A stretch of DNA of 64,000 nt from contig VJWM01000197.1 of the NCBI GenBank assembly GCA_010909165.1, positions 248,001-312,000 on the forward strand. Direction: 5' to 3'. This document shows positions 34,796 to 47,982 of this stretch, in pieces. Position numbers and translations under genes: made by a program. A model generated the notes under the pieces. It did no database searches. It was not told where the DNA came from and saw only the letters and a program-made list of their open reading frames with translations. The stretch's first letter is position 1, and every line of letters starts with the position of its first letter. The DNA is from Anthoceros angustus. Taxonomy: Eukaryota > Plantae > Anthocerotophyta.

Positions 34796-35059
34796 TCAGC
34801 GGTGGTGAGGGCCGCCGTGATGCGCGGGACCTCCGAAGTGGCCCGGGCCTCCGAAGTGGTGCGGGGGCGGATGGTGCGGGTGGTGAGGATGCGGCGCACT
34901 CCACACCGGGCCCCAGGAGCACAGCCCGCAGACGCAGGACCACAGCGACGCAAACAAAATGCACGGCAAGCAGAGACACTGCTCCAGAGGATTGCCATGG
35001 TGAGGACCGCCGTGGTGGTGGTGGCCGCCTCCACAGAGATCTAGAATTGGAAGACACAT
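34796..35059 (-). CDS. Small Cys/His/Gly/Pro-rich protein (87 aa) with a central hydrophobic Cys-rich segment
   Basis: MCLPILDLCGGGHHHHGGPHHGNPLEQCLCLPCILFASLWSCVCGLCSWGPVWSAPHPHHPHHPPPHHFGGPGHFGGPAHHGGPHHR*. Confidence 0.6.
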   Translation of the reverse strand: MCLPILDLCGGGHHHHGGPHHGNPLEQCLCLPCILFASLWSCVCGLCSWGPVWSAPHPHHPHHPPPHHFGGPGHFGGPAHHGGPHHR

Positions 35060-35598
35060 CTTGGATCCCGAATCAGCTTCCCCGCGACGAGCCGGCTTCA
35101 GCGTCTGCCCTAATCTCTCCCTCGCTCTCCTCCTCTGTTGCTTCACGGCGCTTCCCCGATTCACCACAGATTGCGAATGACGAGGCCCCGGGCCTTGCAG
35201 AGGCAAGGCAGCACCGAAATGCCACCGAGGGAAGACAGCACGAGCGACGCGTAGAAGTACCCCCACCAGTGACGTGGCGGCCCACTCTTGGTCCCATATT
35301 GCCCGGCCCGGCAAGTATGCAGGCTTTCTTAAGCGCACCGGTACAGACGTGCCCTTTTTCTCACACCTGTAAAAGGAAGCCGGAAGGAAAAGCATTGGAA
35401 AATTAGGAAACAAACGAAAGCTGGGATGCCAGTGTGTGTGTCAGACAGACCAAGAGCCCTGCAAACAGAAAAAACACAAACACATGTTTGTGGCAACAGG
35501 GGGCATGCTGCTCTTACAGCACTGGCGTCCTGCTTGGATGATGCCACGTCGAAGAAGGGTACTCCACAATTGCACCACCTAGGATTTCATCCTGTCCC

Positions 35599-37416
35599 TT
35601 AGCTTGCACCGACCTGCTTGAGAGAAGAGAGTGTGATGTGGTTGGGAGCAATTCCCTGCGCTTTCATGGATTGGAAAAGCTTGCAAGCTTCCTGTGCCTG
35701 GCCTGCCTTTACTAGCCCATAGATGAGGGAGTTGTAGGTGACGACATTGGGTGTGATCCCCTTTGCATGCATGTTACTGAAAAGGTGGGCAGCTTCTTGT
35801 GTTCTGCCGGCCTTTCCCAACCCATGGATCAGAGTATTGCAGGTGACTACATCCAGAACATCGGACCTTGAGCTGAGCTCCTCGAAGAAGCTGTGGGCTT
35901 CATCCAGTTTTCCAGCCTTCACGAGCCCATGAATGAGGATGTTGTATGTGATCGCCGAGGGAGTGACGCCCGCATTCTTCATGTCTTCCACCAGCATGAG
36001 AGCCTTCCCACTCTCGCCGGCTTTCGTAAGGCTGGCCAAGAGAGTGTTGTACATGATGACATTGGGGAGATAGCCCAGCGTCTTCAGTTCCTGCAACACC
36101 TCCATTGCAGAATCCACATGCCTGGCCTTTGCCAGCCCGGATATGAGCAGGCCAAACGTGACCATGTCAGGCATCCAGCCCTGCGCATTAAGCTTCCTGT
36201 ACAGGTTGTAAGCCTCCACTGCTCTCCCTTCCCTGACCATCCCATCCATCACTGTAGTGTAGGTGATCACATCTGCATCGGCCCCACCTTCATGCATCTC
36301 TTCGAACAGGAAGAGACCTTCACCTACTTTGCCAGCCTTGGCAAGGGCATTCAAGTAGCAATTGTACATGTGCATCTGCGGGACGACTCCCTGTCCCTTC
36401 ATCACGTCCAGAACTCGGCAAGCCTCGTCCACTGCACCAGCTTTCACCAGCCCAGTCACCAACATGGAGTAAGTGACGGCATCAGCTCCACACCCTTCGT
36501 CCATCATCTCTTCAAACAGCCTCCATGCCCTTTCAACGTGGCCAGCCTTCAGCAACGAGCCCAGCACCTTCCTGCAAATGACGGCACATGGAACCACACC
36601 AGAGTGCTTCAATCCCGCAAGCACCTGGACAGCCTTATCCAAATGCCCAGTCCGCGTGAACTCGTCAACCAAGGTGAGAGAAGTGAACAAGTCGGGGTGG
36701 ACACCTTCACTGCCCATCTGCTCGTATATCCTGCATAGCCTTCCACCATCTCCACCCTCTCCACCCCTAACCAAGAGAGCAACAAGACAGCAGTAACAGA
36801 GACTGCTGGGCTGGGGACCGAGCTCCCTCATCCGCTGAAACCCCCGAAATGCAGCCTCCAGATGCTCAGAACCCACACAATCTCTCATAAGCTTGCAGAA
36901 AATTTTGGCATCCAACTGCAGACTCTCCCTCTCCATCTCCTCCACCAAGTGCCATACCGCAAGGAAGTTGAAAGCTCTTCCTAGGATCCGCATCACCACA
37001 TAATACGTCCACTTGTGGTGCCTGTAACCCTGCTGCGATCCTGCCCACTTGAAGAAATTCAGCGCCACACCGGCATCCTTTTGCCCCTTCAAAATGATCC
37101 CCACATGTCGAGCAGAGAATCGCACACGAAGCTGGTTCAGAGACTCCACAGTCGCCGGTCCCCATTGTTCCCTCAAAATGTCGCAAGCCCGACCAAGATG
37201 AGCCAGCCTCACCTTCCTCCGATTCTCCCCGCCCAAATCCGCCTGCTCTGCAGCAAAAGCTGAGCACCTGACTTTCAAGGCAAACACGGTGCAGGCCCCA
37301 AGATGCAGCAGCCCGGCGGCCCTCACCGAGTTGCAGGCTGCGCTCGGTCGCAGCCGGAGGAATCGCAGGAGCAAGCCGGAGGGCAAGAGCAGCTTATCGG
37401 GGCCATGGCCGCGCAT
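35599..37416 (-). CDS. P-class pentatricopeptide repeat protein, intronless, 605 aa, probable organelle transit peptide
   Basis: ALNFFKWAGSQQGYRH, followed by tandem 35-aa repeats (DAVTYSMLVTGLVKAG, DVITYTTVMDG, PNVIMYNTLL, PNVVTYNSLIYGLVKAG). Confidence 0.95.
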   Translation of the reverse strand: MRGHGPDKLLLPSGLLLRFLRLRPSAACNSVRAAGLLHLGACTVFALKVRCSAFAAEQADLGGENRRKVRLAHLGRACDILREQWGPATVESLNQLRVRFSARHVGIILKGQKDAGVALNFFKWAGSQQGYRHHKWTYYVVMRILGRAFNFLAVWHLVEEMERESLQLDAKIFCKLMRDCVGSEHLEAAFRGFQRMRELGPQPSSLCYCCLVALLVRGGEGGDGGRLCRIYEQMGSEGVHPDLFTSLTLVDEFTRTGHLDKAVQVLAGLKHSGVVPCAVICRKVLGSLLKAGHVERAWRLFEEMMDEGCGADAVTYSMLVTGLVKAGAVDEACRVLDVMKGQGVVPQMHMYNCYLNALAKAGKVGEGLFLFEEMHEGGADADVITYTTVMDGMVREGRAVEAYNLYRKLNAQGWMPDMVTFGLLISGLAKARHVDSAMEVLQELKTLGYLPNVIMYNTLLASLTKAGESGKALMLVEDMKNAGVTPSAITYNILIHGLVKAGKLDEAHSFFEELSSRSDVLDVVTCNTLIHGLGKAGRTQEAAHLFSNMHAKGITPNVVTYNSLIYGLVKAGQAQEACKLFQSMKAQGIAPNHITLSSLKQVGAS

Positions 37417-37480
37417 GGCGCCAGGTGCCCAATAAATCAGCGACCGTCACACCTAGTAACAGGGCGGAGAGCTGCAGTCC

Positions 37481-38293
37481 ATGGCGTCAATGAGCCTTTG
37501 CCAAAAGCTCAAGCCGCAACTCGTCAGCACGCCGTCTTGCACCGGCTGGCCCTGCGGCGCTCCCACAAATCTGTGCTGGCTGCGGACAAGAAGTGAAGTT
37601 CCATCGTTCTGGATCAGGAATCCTTCCACTCCAGGCAGGCGCTCAGCGGTGGTAGTGGCATCCAGCATGCTGAAGGTGGAGAGGGAGAAGGTGGAGGCTG
37701 GGCAGGAGTCGGTGTGGGACTATCCCCGGCCTCCTCTCCTGGAGCCTGTTAAAGACATCATCAGCGTCAAGTTCAATGATGCATGGATTGCCCACAGCGA
37801 GAAGGCATACCGGGTGCTGGAGACCAGCCATCCTCCTGGTTTGTGCCATCCCTTCCCTTCCCTTTTCTTTCCATCTTCTCTTCAGGTTCTTGGACTCTGA
37901 AGTCTTTGATTGATCCTGAAGTCCTGATTGATCAAGGAGACCTGTTCTGTTCTTCCTCGTCCACCCACAGTGTACTACATTCCCAAGGAAGACATTAACA
38001 TGGAGTACGTGAGCCAAGCAGCTGGAAGCTCCTATTGCGAGTGGAAGGGGAATGCCACGTACTGGACGGTCTCGGTGAACGGCAGGACATTGGAGAAGGT
38101 TGGTTGGAGCTATGAGCAGCCGACTCCCGGCTTTCTGCCCATCCAAGGTTACCTGGCATTCTATGCCACTCAGATGGACTGCTATGTGGGAGCGGAGAAG
38201 GCAGAGCCGCAACCGGGAGGATTCTATGGAGGCTGGGTGACCTCCAACATCAAAGGTCCGTTCAAAGGAGGTCCCGGTTCCTGGGGCTGGTAG
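37481..38293 (+). CDS. DUF427 domain protein with a putative transit peptide; intron 37839-37970
   Basis: ESVWDYPRPP, YRVLETSHPP|VYYIP, SYCEWKGNATYW, GWSYEQP, YLAFY, PQPGGFYGGWVT...GPFKGGPGSWGW. Confidence 0.88.
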
Positions 38294-38568
38294 TGGCAAC
38301 ACACACAAAATCCAGTACCAGCAGCACTTCTCTGCTTCTGCAGTTTGAAGCAAGTGTATAAAGCAAGATGAACGGAAACATACAGTAGAGGTGTTTGTGA
38401 ACAACTGTTGCACAAAGAGAAACAAGAACAAATAGTAGGGATCAAATTCTGTTGCGTAGTCAGCAACTTGCCGCTGCAACATTTCAATCCCGTCGACTAC
38501 AGAGAGCTTCGGTTTACGTGGGTCGGTCATCGGGGGAAGCAAGCACACGAATAGCCACCTCAGGCTGA

Positions 38569-41500
38569 CTAGCGCTTCAGCGACTTCAAGACGTCTCCGA
38601 CCAGGTGAAGCGAGCCAGTTACAACCACCTGTAGGCAAAGCAGGCGAAGGAACCTTAGACGACAGGATGAAAGCGAAAACGAAGTCTAGAATCCAGGACG
38701 TCAAACTTGTCATGGATGTATGTATGTGTGTGACCTGCAACTGCAACGATGGATTCCGCCTAGCGCATTGTCGCAACCAGTCAAGAGTCGCAGGAAGAGA
38801 AGGCATGACTGCACATGTGAGGCCATCGGCAGGCTTCTTGCCACTACTTTGCTCTGAGTCCAGCTTTAGAACAGATTCTGCAGCAGGTAAAGTCGATGCA
38901 GTGCCGTTGTCAAAGACCTGCGGAGTCGAGGAGTTTGGACCTGCGGAGGACCACGTAGTTTCAAGCTGGCAGGCTGGAAAACCAGAATCAGGAAAGAGGG
39001 CTTCCTATTGCAGTTCCTGAAGGGAGGCATACTGACCAACTGCTGGTATCCTATCCCCGAGCAACTGACACCAGGTCCTTTGTACAGTACGCTGCCAAGC
39101 CAGGTCTGGTGGCTTGAGGGTGTCTACAGCAAAAGCAGGAGACGGTCTTGATTGAACCACCGTGTAGGATGAGATGCCAGGAACAAAGAGGGCTGTGTGG
39201 AATTGCACCCCTACGCAATACACAAATATGTTAGTCACAACATCCACTGAGGAGAGATGCGATGCTGAGCAGGTACAACATGCATGTACCACAGACCTTG
39301 TTCCTGGCAAACATCTATCAATGGTGGTAGGAGAAGATTGGGATCTCTCTCTGGCATGCAGTTGAACAATAAAACCTAAAGGAAGAAAAATACCAAAACA
39401 GCTTATCTGCGTTAAGATTTGGTGAAGTTCAAAGAAGCGCAGCCAAGCGACAAAACAGAGAAGCGTACCCTTCGTAGCAAAGAACTGTGAGAACCTCCAT
39501 TGCCATAACCATTTCCATTGCTCGCACCAGATCCTAATCTGGCGTCCTCCTTCAAAGCTTTGCAGAACCACTTCGCACAAACCTCCATGCTTTCTGGGGT
39601 GTGTGCTCCATCCAGAAAGAAAGAAAGGTTGGAAATGCAGCTTTGCTTCAGGTTTTCATGATCTACTACAGGCTCTCTCACGACTTGGGCTCGCCCAGGA
39701 AATTGGGTGAGCGAGAGTCCTGCCTTGAATGAGTCCGGAAGGATGCCTTGGTTGAACGCCTGCAAAATGGGAATCAAAACAGAGTCAAACTTGACAGACA
39801 CATTCACTCCTAAACTCAACGATATCTGCTACCAAAACAGCAATGGTAACCCAGTTCGTGCAGAGATTGCAGCTTACATTTTCAACCGCAACTACCTGGT
39901 CTTCAGACCCCCTTTTCTTGACCCACAATTTGCAGAGAGCCACAGCTAGTGCTGCATTAATGCGCTGATGATCTCCATCCAGCCCCAGCTGCAAATCACC
40001 CACCTTGTAGCTCTCCAAAGGGGGAGCTTCTTCGAGGACAATCTGCAGCAAGAAGGCCCACGCACTGTAAGCTCACATACGTCGGTTGCTTCGACAACCA
40101 TGCTTGATTCGACCAACAATTTAGGCTCCTAAAACAGACAGGAAAGTCCAGAGGGACCTACAGATAACTGAGAGGCCCGATTTTTCAGAACTTCCATTGC
40201 ATCTTCACGCTGTGGGGAAGTTATTGCCGGAACTCCAGCCTGCATAATCGTGGCCATTAGCCCTTCTAACAAACCAGTGTGAAGCACGCACTGGCACAGG
40301 CACTACTCCTTATCCAAATAGCATCATTCATCAGCGTACCTTAAAAATTCCTGCCTTCTCCCCAGCAATTTCTGGAAGAGTGTGACCTGTGCAAGTGTGG
40401 CGCTCGTGAGCATACGAAACAGGCAAGTCTGTTAAATGACAGAAAGTCCAAGAATCAGAAAGGACAAGTCTATAAGGTCAAGGTGCTCAGGTTCACGGAC
40501 CAAGGATCTCCATGTGATCAAATCCGAGAGATGCTACTCCACAGACCTCTGGCGTAACCTAAACTTCCAAGTCAAGCGTCACAAGAAATCCATGGGACCT
40601 TGATTCGATTCTGAAACAAATCAGGGCAGCGAAGGAACCCACCACATTTGTGGCATCATATTTTCCTCCCAAGCCAACTTCCAGTATTGCAACATCCACC
40701 TGCAAACAGCAATTGCTCAACTTGCTTAAGAGGAAACAACCTGATACATTACAGTAATCATCGTCATACCTTCTCGGCAGTGAACAGTCTGAACGCCAAG
40801 AGAGTGAGGAACCGAAAGTAGGCCGGCATCGGGAGGTCATCCCCACAGCCAGCCTGAAAAACCAAAAAGACCGTGAGTACAACGGAAGTGTGAATCCGGT
40901 TATGACACAACAGAGAGCGAGTCTCACAATTGTCATGGTCTCAAAGATGAAGGGCTCCAACCTTCAACCGATCCCAGCACCACCAGAAATGCGTGCAGAA
41001 AAGATCTTCAGAGACCAGTTCCCTGCAACAACCCATACGCAGTCATGAGAAAGTAAAGCAAGGAAGCAACCATTGCCATGTTCCACACAAGCTGGACGCA
41101 GCTATGCTGCAAGGACGAAGAACAGTGCGTTCATCAGCTCACCCATCAAATCGAAACCTCTCCCGTACATCAACAAGATGTGGCGACGTAAACAGCCCAG
41201 TCCGGTAACCTGATGCCCGTAGTATACCCTCCGAGAATGCACAGGTGGACCCCTGGTACAACCAAACCGCATCCAAAATCAATCCTGGAGAACCCAGCCC
41301 AGCCCGTTCCTCTCCCAAACACATCATCTCCTCACCTTCCCTTTCGTGCCTGCTACATGGATGATCCTCAACCGAGACAGCGGCTCGTCCAGTTCCAGGA
41401 TCTATAATCCACATTCCAACTGTGTAAAAACCGGCATTTGCCCAGGCAACCCACAACTCAAATCGAATGCTAGCTCTCTTCGCACCTTGAGGTAGTCATA

Positions 41501-41623
41501 CAGGGACGAGAACGAATCGCCCTTATTGGACCGATCAGCCCGCTTGCGCTTAGTGATTAGACTGGCAAGCGCATCAAGCGCGGCAACGAAGCCCCGCTCC
41601 TCTACCACTTCGACCTTCACCAT
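38569..41623 (-). CDS. FPGS: Folylpolyglutamate synthase, multi-exon; 5' end uncertain (further upstream exons possible)
   Basis: [10 protein letters not shown]|[86 protein letters not shown], final exon [19 protein letters not shown]. Confidence 0.92.
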
Positions 41624-42779
41624 CGCCTACAGCAAATGGGCAGGCTGCTGGAATACGAGCAGCTGCTTGGACCCTGTCAGCTCTCAAACGCCTCCATTGT
41701 CCGTCCCCACAGTAGACAAGTGCACTGGCATGGATATGTTTGCACAAGTTTCCTGCGTGTTCACAATGTGGAATCAAACCACGGCTCCAGCAGGCAGCTC
41801 TGAATCTGCGGATCCTGTTCCTGGGCAGAGTATCTCCAAGTTACATATCTGGCTGTAGAATGTAAAACTGTAGAACAACGGTTTGTGAAGGGACCAGAAT
41901 CAGCGGAATTCACTGTCTGCACTGGCCCATGAACCCTAAACCCTACCATGACGTTATCCGGAATCGGGGTTATAAGATTCTGATGCCCATCAAGTGACTG
42001 GTCCATTTTGTGTATGTACGTACTTGTGGATAATGAACGGATGAGGGCCATTTCGTTTGCTTGGGAATATGTACATACATACTCCAGATGGATAAAGGCC
42101 AGCAGCAGGATCTCTGGCGCATACATAATAAGGGCCACTTTCCATGGAGTGCGAGCTTTTCGGCTACCTAGTCGGGAAAAACGTTCAAGACCAATTCACT
42201 CTCCTTAGGTATTAGGTTCGCGTTATATCGGCTAGTTCACTTGCACGAGCCAGTTATGATATTGACCGGCAGAATGTCTGGCTTTTATCCAAATTGGCAA
42301 GAGCGAGAGGCCAAGGAGCAAGATTTTTGGAGTGAGGAGCTAGACCGAGACGGCTCTCCCCCGGTTCCGGCTAATGCATATGTGGCACGCATAACTCTGA
42401 AGCATACGTTATAGGGGTCCATTCCGCGCATCGTCCTAAGTATCTAGGGTTTCCCCGATATTTCATGAGTTTTTCATACTCCGTGAAAGTGGTTACAAGG
42501 TATGAAGAGAGGGCAGTGGTATATTTTTTGTAGAGATGGTTATATCAATACTATATGAGGTGACTTAATCTTGGTGGTAGTCATAGTGGTCATTCATTCT
42601 ATATGAGGTATCATCTTTTTGCATAAGTGGTAGTCACTTATTCTATATGAGGTATCATCTCTTTGCATAAGTTTATCGCTAATTGACCATCAAGGTTGGT
42701 CGGCGGCCGGAGTGGTGACAGTCAAGGTCAAAAAGGACAGGGAATGCAAGCTAGACATCGATTCATGCTCACGAGCCTT

Positions 42780-42960
42780 GGAAACAATCAGGACATTGCT
42801 TCAAGACTTTGATAAATATATCAAGTTATGTGTTAAAGCCTACCATACTTGTCGGCATGGTGCAGCCCAGCTACCCCTCTCCTATTTCACGGCCTTCTTT
42901 TGACATAGGCTGTCCATGGCCTTCCAACGAGCAATTTTCATGACAGATACGATGGTGAGC
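42780..42960 (+). mobile_element. Possible relic of the C-terminal end of a CRE-like element
   Basis: FDKYIKLCVKA...HRLSMAFQRA resembles the RVSIALQRA end motif; contains a stop. Confidence 0.25.
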
Positions 42961-43959
42961 GATGCTTCTTCTGCCACCGCTACAGTATGCATGCCCTTTT
43001 TCATGTGTGTATGTTAAATATCTCTTAAGAATTATAAGTACTGCCCACATCCATGCAGACTACAACCCTCGCAGCCTTCGCCTATTCCATGGCGGCGGGG
43101 GGCGCGACTTCCTCCGTGCGAGGGGTTGAGAGCACCCGAACCATATTGGCCCCTACACCGAGGCCTCGTCGTGTCTCACTGTCCGCATTCGAGTCCTTGC
43201 TAAGCCTCCGTCTCTGTCTCCGTCTCCAAAAAGGTTGGCCAAGCCTCCGCCTTTGCAACAACCCATTCTAGACCCTCCTGGGGACCTCGAGCTCAATCTC
43301 CGACACCACATCTGGAGACTCTGGATCCGTCACCTCCAACTCTAAGGAAACCGTGCCCTCAACCTCTGCCATGCAACTGGTCCAAGGAAGCTTCGAAGCC
43401 ACAACGCAAGCAAATTTCCAGTGCGATCAAATGCAACGTGCTTGCAACTCTAGCAGGATGGTGCGAATGGAGCTCCAAGCAGCCAGAAGCGACCTAATGA
43501 GTCACGACGCGAGAAGGACTAAGACCATGTGCAGGATGCAGCAGTTATAAGTGAGGAATTAGCCCCAGAAACCAACCAAAGAATAGGAGCAGGAGGAGAG
43601 CAAGACATAGAAGCAACAAAAGTCCATCACGTGCTCACAATAACAGACATAAACCTATTTTGCAATATGCATAAGACTCTGGAAAAGTGTGAAGAGCTGT
43701 AGAAAGTGTTGTTGGCTGAAAGGGCACGAGCCAACGAACTCGAGGACTTACTGGCTCACAGACGTGACAGTAACGAAGCCAGAAGGCCCCTCATAGACAT
43801 TGAGTGTCGAGCCATGGTCAAGGATCTCATCCTTTTTAGTCATATAGACCAAGTTGAAGGAGGGAGACTTTATAATGTTAGCCCGGCAAATGTGGTCTAC
43901 AATTGAATTGCTCTAGGCTCTGAGATAGTCTTGCCATAAATCAGATGCTAGGTCTCACA

Positions 43960-46660
43960 CAAATAAGACACCTTTGACAGAGTTGCTCAATCTTGTTGCT
44001 TGACATAGTTGCTCACGACTAAATCTGTTGTAAGGCCTTATCCACTAAACAATCTGTTCATGTTGCATGTCTGCCTTGCAAAAATACTTATAGATGAAAC
44101 ATCATGGAGGTACTTTCACAGAGAACATAGAAGTGGTGTCATAGTAGGTCCTCTACGGAGTAGGTCATGATGTTTAGAAATAGCTTTCCTTTCTTCTGCA
44201 AGCAGACTTGGGTGAGCTCATGTGCTTTTGGGAGTTGATAGAGAGAATTCCCTGAACCTAAGAGCTCCCATAAGATATAGTGGTGATATAACTCATATGT
44301 TTTGTTCATGCATGAAATCGTGGATTTGACACAAGTGCAATTACAGACATGTTGTCGCTTAGGACCTTGGTAGGGCCTAGTTGTGGAAAATTGATTGAGT
44401 TTAAAAACTATATCTTCCACTCCCAATTCCTTGCAAGCATCCGTTAATGCCTTATACTCTGCCTCGATTGAAGACCAAGCTAACGATGTCTACTTTTTAC
44501 GGGACCAACTCACAGCACCTAGTGCTAGGAGGAAAGTGTAGGCTGATAAAGGCTTGCCGGAGTTAGCATTCGATGGTTGATCGGCATCGATAAAGGCTTG
44601 CCGGAGTTAGCATTCGATGGTTGATCGGCATCAGTAAAAGATGTAAGTGCTCAACTCTTGTTGTCCACTGGATGAGTATTGTAAACCATAGTTTAACGTA
44701 CTTTTTATATAACTATAAATTTTTTTAGCCGCAGCCCAGTGTGTCCTATCAAGGCACGTCAAGAATTGAGAGACGATGCTGACGGGATAACTAATATCCG
44801 GCCTAATCTAGTTGACCATTTATATTAGACATCTTACAGCTTGGGTGTAAGGTATACCGGCCATGTTCTGCTCATCTTCTACACTTTAGGGCGATTGAGC
44901 GAGGGTCAATTTTTCACCCATTGCAGAAGTAGTCGAAACAAGATGGGCAATATGCAAGTGAAAATGCTTCAATATTTCCTTAAGGTATTTGGTTTAATAT
45001 AAGATGATAGAACCCTGCTTTCTATCCCGTAAAATCTGTGTGCTTAAACAAAATTGAAGAGGGCCCTGATCAATCATTTCAAACCCAGAACGTAAAATAT
45101 CTATAACCTTGTCGAGTTGGGTTGTGCTGTGGCTCAGAAGGGTAGCATGATCAACATATAATATAAGAATGTCGAACACGCCTTCCTTAGCAATATAGAA
45201 GACATTCGAGTCGACTGCAGATTGAATAAATTCATTTTTTCTTAGGAATTTCATAATGCGCTTATACCAAGCGCAAGGACTTTGCTTGAGCTCATAGGTG
45301 GTTTTTAACAACTTGTACATCTTATGGGGCGAGCGTATACTCACAAAACCTTCTAGCTATGTCGTGTACAAGACCTCTTTAATCTCACCATGAAGAAATG
45401 TTGTGCAGATATCCATTTGATGAAGCTTGAGGTTAAACTCGACTGCCATAGCAAGGAATATAGGCATAGATGGAGGCTTCTCAACCGGCGAAAAGATATC
45501 TTTATAGTCGATACATGGAATCTGGCTCAAACCTCTAACCACCAATCGTTCCGTATACCTTACAATAATGCCTTTGACCTTAAGCTTGGTTTTGAAAACC
45601 CATTTATATGTAATAGGTTTACGACCAAGAGGTAGGTTTGCTAATTCCCATGTGTTGTTCTTCATCAGGAAATTGTACTCGTCATCAATAAACACACGCC
45701 AATGCTCACCATCAGGGTATTTAAGTGCTTCTTCACAAGACAAAGGATTTGGACAAATATTTGGAACATGTAAGTCAAGCATACATACTGAATTTCTTCT
45801 AAAGTCCAGTGGTTGGTATGAGGCTCCAGCTATTGATCTTTGGTACGTCGGTCTCGAACATAATATCAAGGAGGTTCTTCAACTGCTGTTTGTGGAGGAT
45901 TCTCATGAGGAGTAGGCTCAGCAGCGTCAATGGCTCCCACTACTCCCACTGAATCGTCATCTCCCACATCTTGGGTAGGCAGTTCTTCTACTAGGTGATC
46001 AGTAGTGTCATTCGTATTTTAAGCTCCCTTAAGGTCTAGGCATTTTAAGTGTGTTACCTTAAGGGAGCTTAAAATTACTTTGTCTAGACAAAGTAATTTT
46101 AGAAGTTTGGGGGTTTAACAACTTGTAGGCCTTAGTCTTCTCTGAATATCCTAGAAAGATATAGTCTAACTTCCGTCGCTTGGGTTTAGGGACAAAGGAA
46201 AAAGAAGGAGACCCAAACACCCGGAGATGGAGTAGGCAAGGCTTTCTTCCCCATAAAGCTTTATATGGCGTGCGATCAAGAAGTGTTGCCGTGACAATCC
46301 TTTTCAGAATGTCAGTTGTTTTAACTATTTCTTCCACCCAGTATGATTCTAGCACCGAGGCTCATGACAACATGTTCTTGGTCATGCCCATAAACATTTG
46401 ATTCTTGCGCTCCGAAACACCATTTTGTTATTGTGTGTAGGGGACAGAGAGCTAACAAATAATTTCATATTGTTGGAAGAGACCATTGAAGTTGTGACAT
46501 GTAAGTTCACCATCGTTTGTATGAAACACTTCATCACCTTGCCTGTTTGTCGTTGAGCCATAGGAATACAGGGAGAAATGTGGTCAAAGGCTTCACTCTT
46601 GAGTTTCATTAGAAAAGTCTAAGTGTATCTCGAGAAGTCGTCTATATCACGAAGTAAACA
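43960..46660 (-). mobile_element. Degenerate Ty1/copia LTR retrotransposon internal region (integrase, RT, RNase H); no LTRs identified
   Basis: TPYKALWGRKPCLLHLRVFGS, IFLGYSEKTKAYKL, NNTWELANLPLGRKPITYKWVFKTK, LHQMDICTTFLHG, YELKQSPCAWY, LYVDH, WSRKK...EAEYKAL; many stops. Confidence 0.9.
44545..44632. repeat. Exact 44-bp tandem duplication inside the copia relic
   Basis: gataaaggcttgccggagttagcattcgatggttgatcggcatc occurs twice. Confidence 0.95.
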
Positions 46661-47982
46661 TATGAACACTTCCTCACCAGACAACCAAGCAGATCAGATA
46701 TAATATATAAATATAGCATTTGCATATCACCCCCAACACGGGAAAGTCGCTCTTTTTATCCTCCGAGAACCGGTGTTTGGAAGTGAACTCTCTTTGGAAG
46801 TGGACTTTTTCTCCCTCTACTCCTTTTTACAATGCACCGTTCCTCTTCCGAGAAAAGTAGGAAGACGTGCTAAGTTTGTTGTTTATGTTGTGGGAGCAGG
46901 TGATATCACACTGTGCGGCAACCCACGATCGCAGCAGCTCGCCCACCAAACGCATCCATCTATCTACCTTACCTACACATGTGTTGCCATGGCTGTCCGC
47001 AAATAGGCTGGCCGTGAAACGATCATGTAAGGCAGCAAAGGCCGTGCGCCCAGGCAGGCTGTAGCCAAAGATATCCGGGCACTGACAGCCGAGCCAATTA
47101 TGCAAGCCAGTCTGCAGGCCTGGCCAGGCAGGATTTCCAGTGCGCAGGGGTAGAATAGGTGGCACTGGCAAAGCGCAGAGTACCTTCCGTTTGATTCGTT
47201 CCGGCAGTGAAGAATTCTTTCTGCGAAACAGCCAGCTACCACCCAGTTGGCAGCAACAGGCCCGGGCTGGGCTCCACCGTCTTCGCTTTCGGTGCGGTGT
47301 CGCAGTGTCTGCACCTGGACGCCGCGCCACAGAGGATAGTACATTCATGGCCGTTATAGTTCCGTCCAGCTTTGACGACTCCCACACAATCAGTCCCGCT
47401 GCTCGCAGCAATCACTGTCCGCTTCTGGGGACAGGACAGAAAAACCAACCAACAAACCAGTTCATTCTAGTGCCTGCTTTCCGAACGGGAGAGAGGAAAC
47501 AAAACTGGAGGCAACTGCGCTGCATTATGGAGAAATACAATATTATCACCTGTGGAATGCGGCAATCGAGGTGATCTGTCTCACACCGCAGTGGCACTCG
47601 TGATAACTAAACCTCTACCTATTCCGGACAAGGCCACATCCACAGCCCGTGCTATAACACACAAGCCCACAGGCTCGTCTTCCTACATTGCCGAGTGTGA
47701 GATGCGAACACATCCGATCTAACACTAGAGAGCCAGGAGGAGAAATAAACAAGCTAACAATTTAAGGGCACTGCAAAATTCGACAGCTCTATGGCACAAG
47801 GGAATGAGAAAAAATGTTCTGCCAAATCCATGTTGCCAAGCACTACAACAGAAGGCTCTGCAACACCAGTGCCCATGAATGAATGTAGTCGGGCAACAGG
47901 CATGACAACCACCTCGCCTCTCCTTCACGCCGCAGAAGAGGCCACCATGGTACAACAGAGTAGTAGAACCACCCTTCCTGCC

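Noticed and set aside
34672-35406. 244-aa + strand ORF
   Set aside because: Low-complexity antisense shadow of the His/Cys-rich ORF and its GC-rich upstream region.
37643-38806. 387-aa - strand ORF
   Set aside because: Read-through of an FPGS exon into intron/UTR and antisense of DUF427; the true FPGS stop is at 38569.
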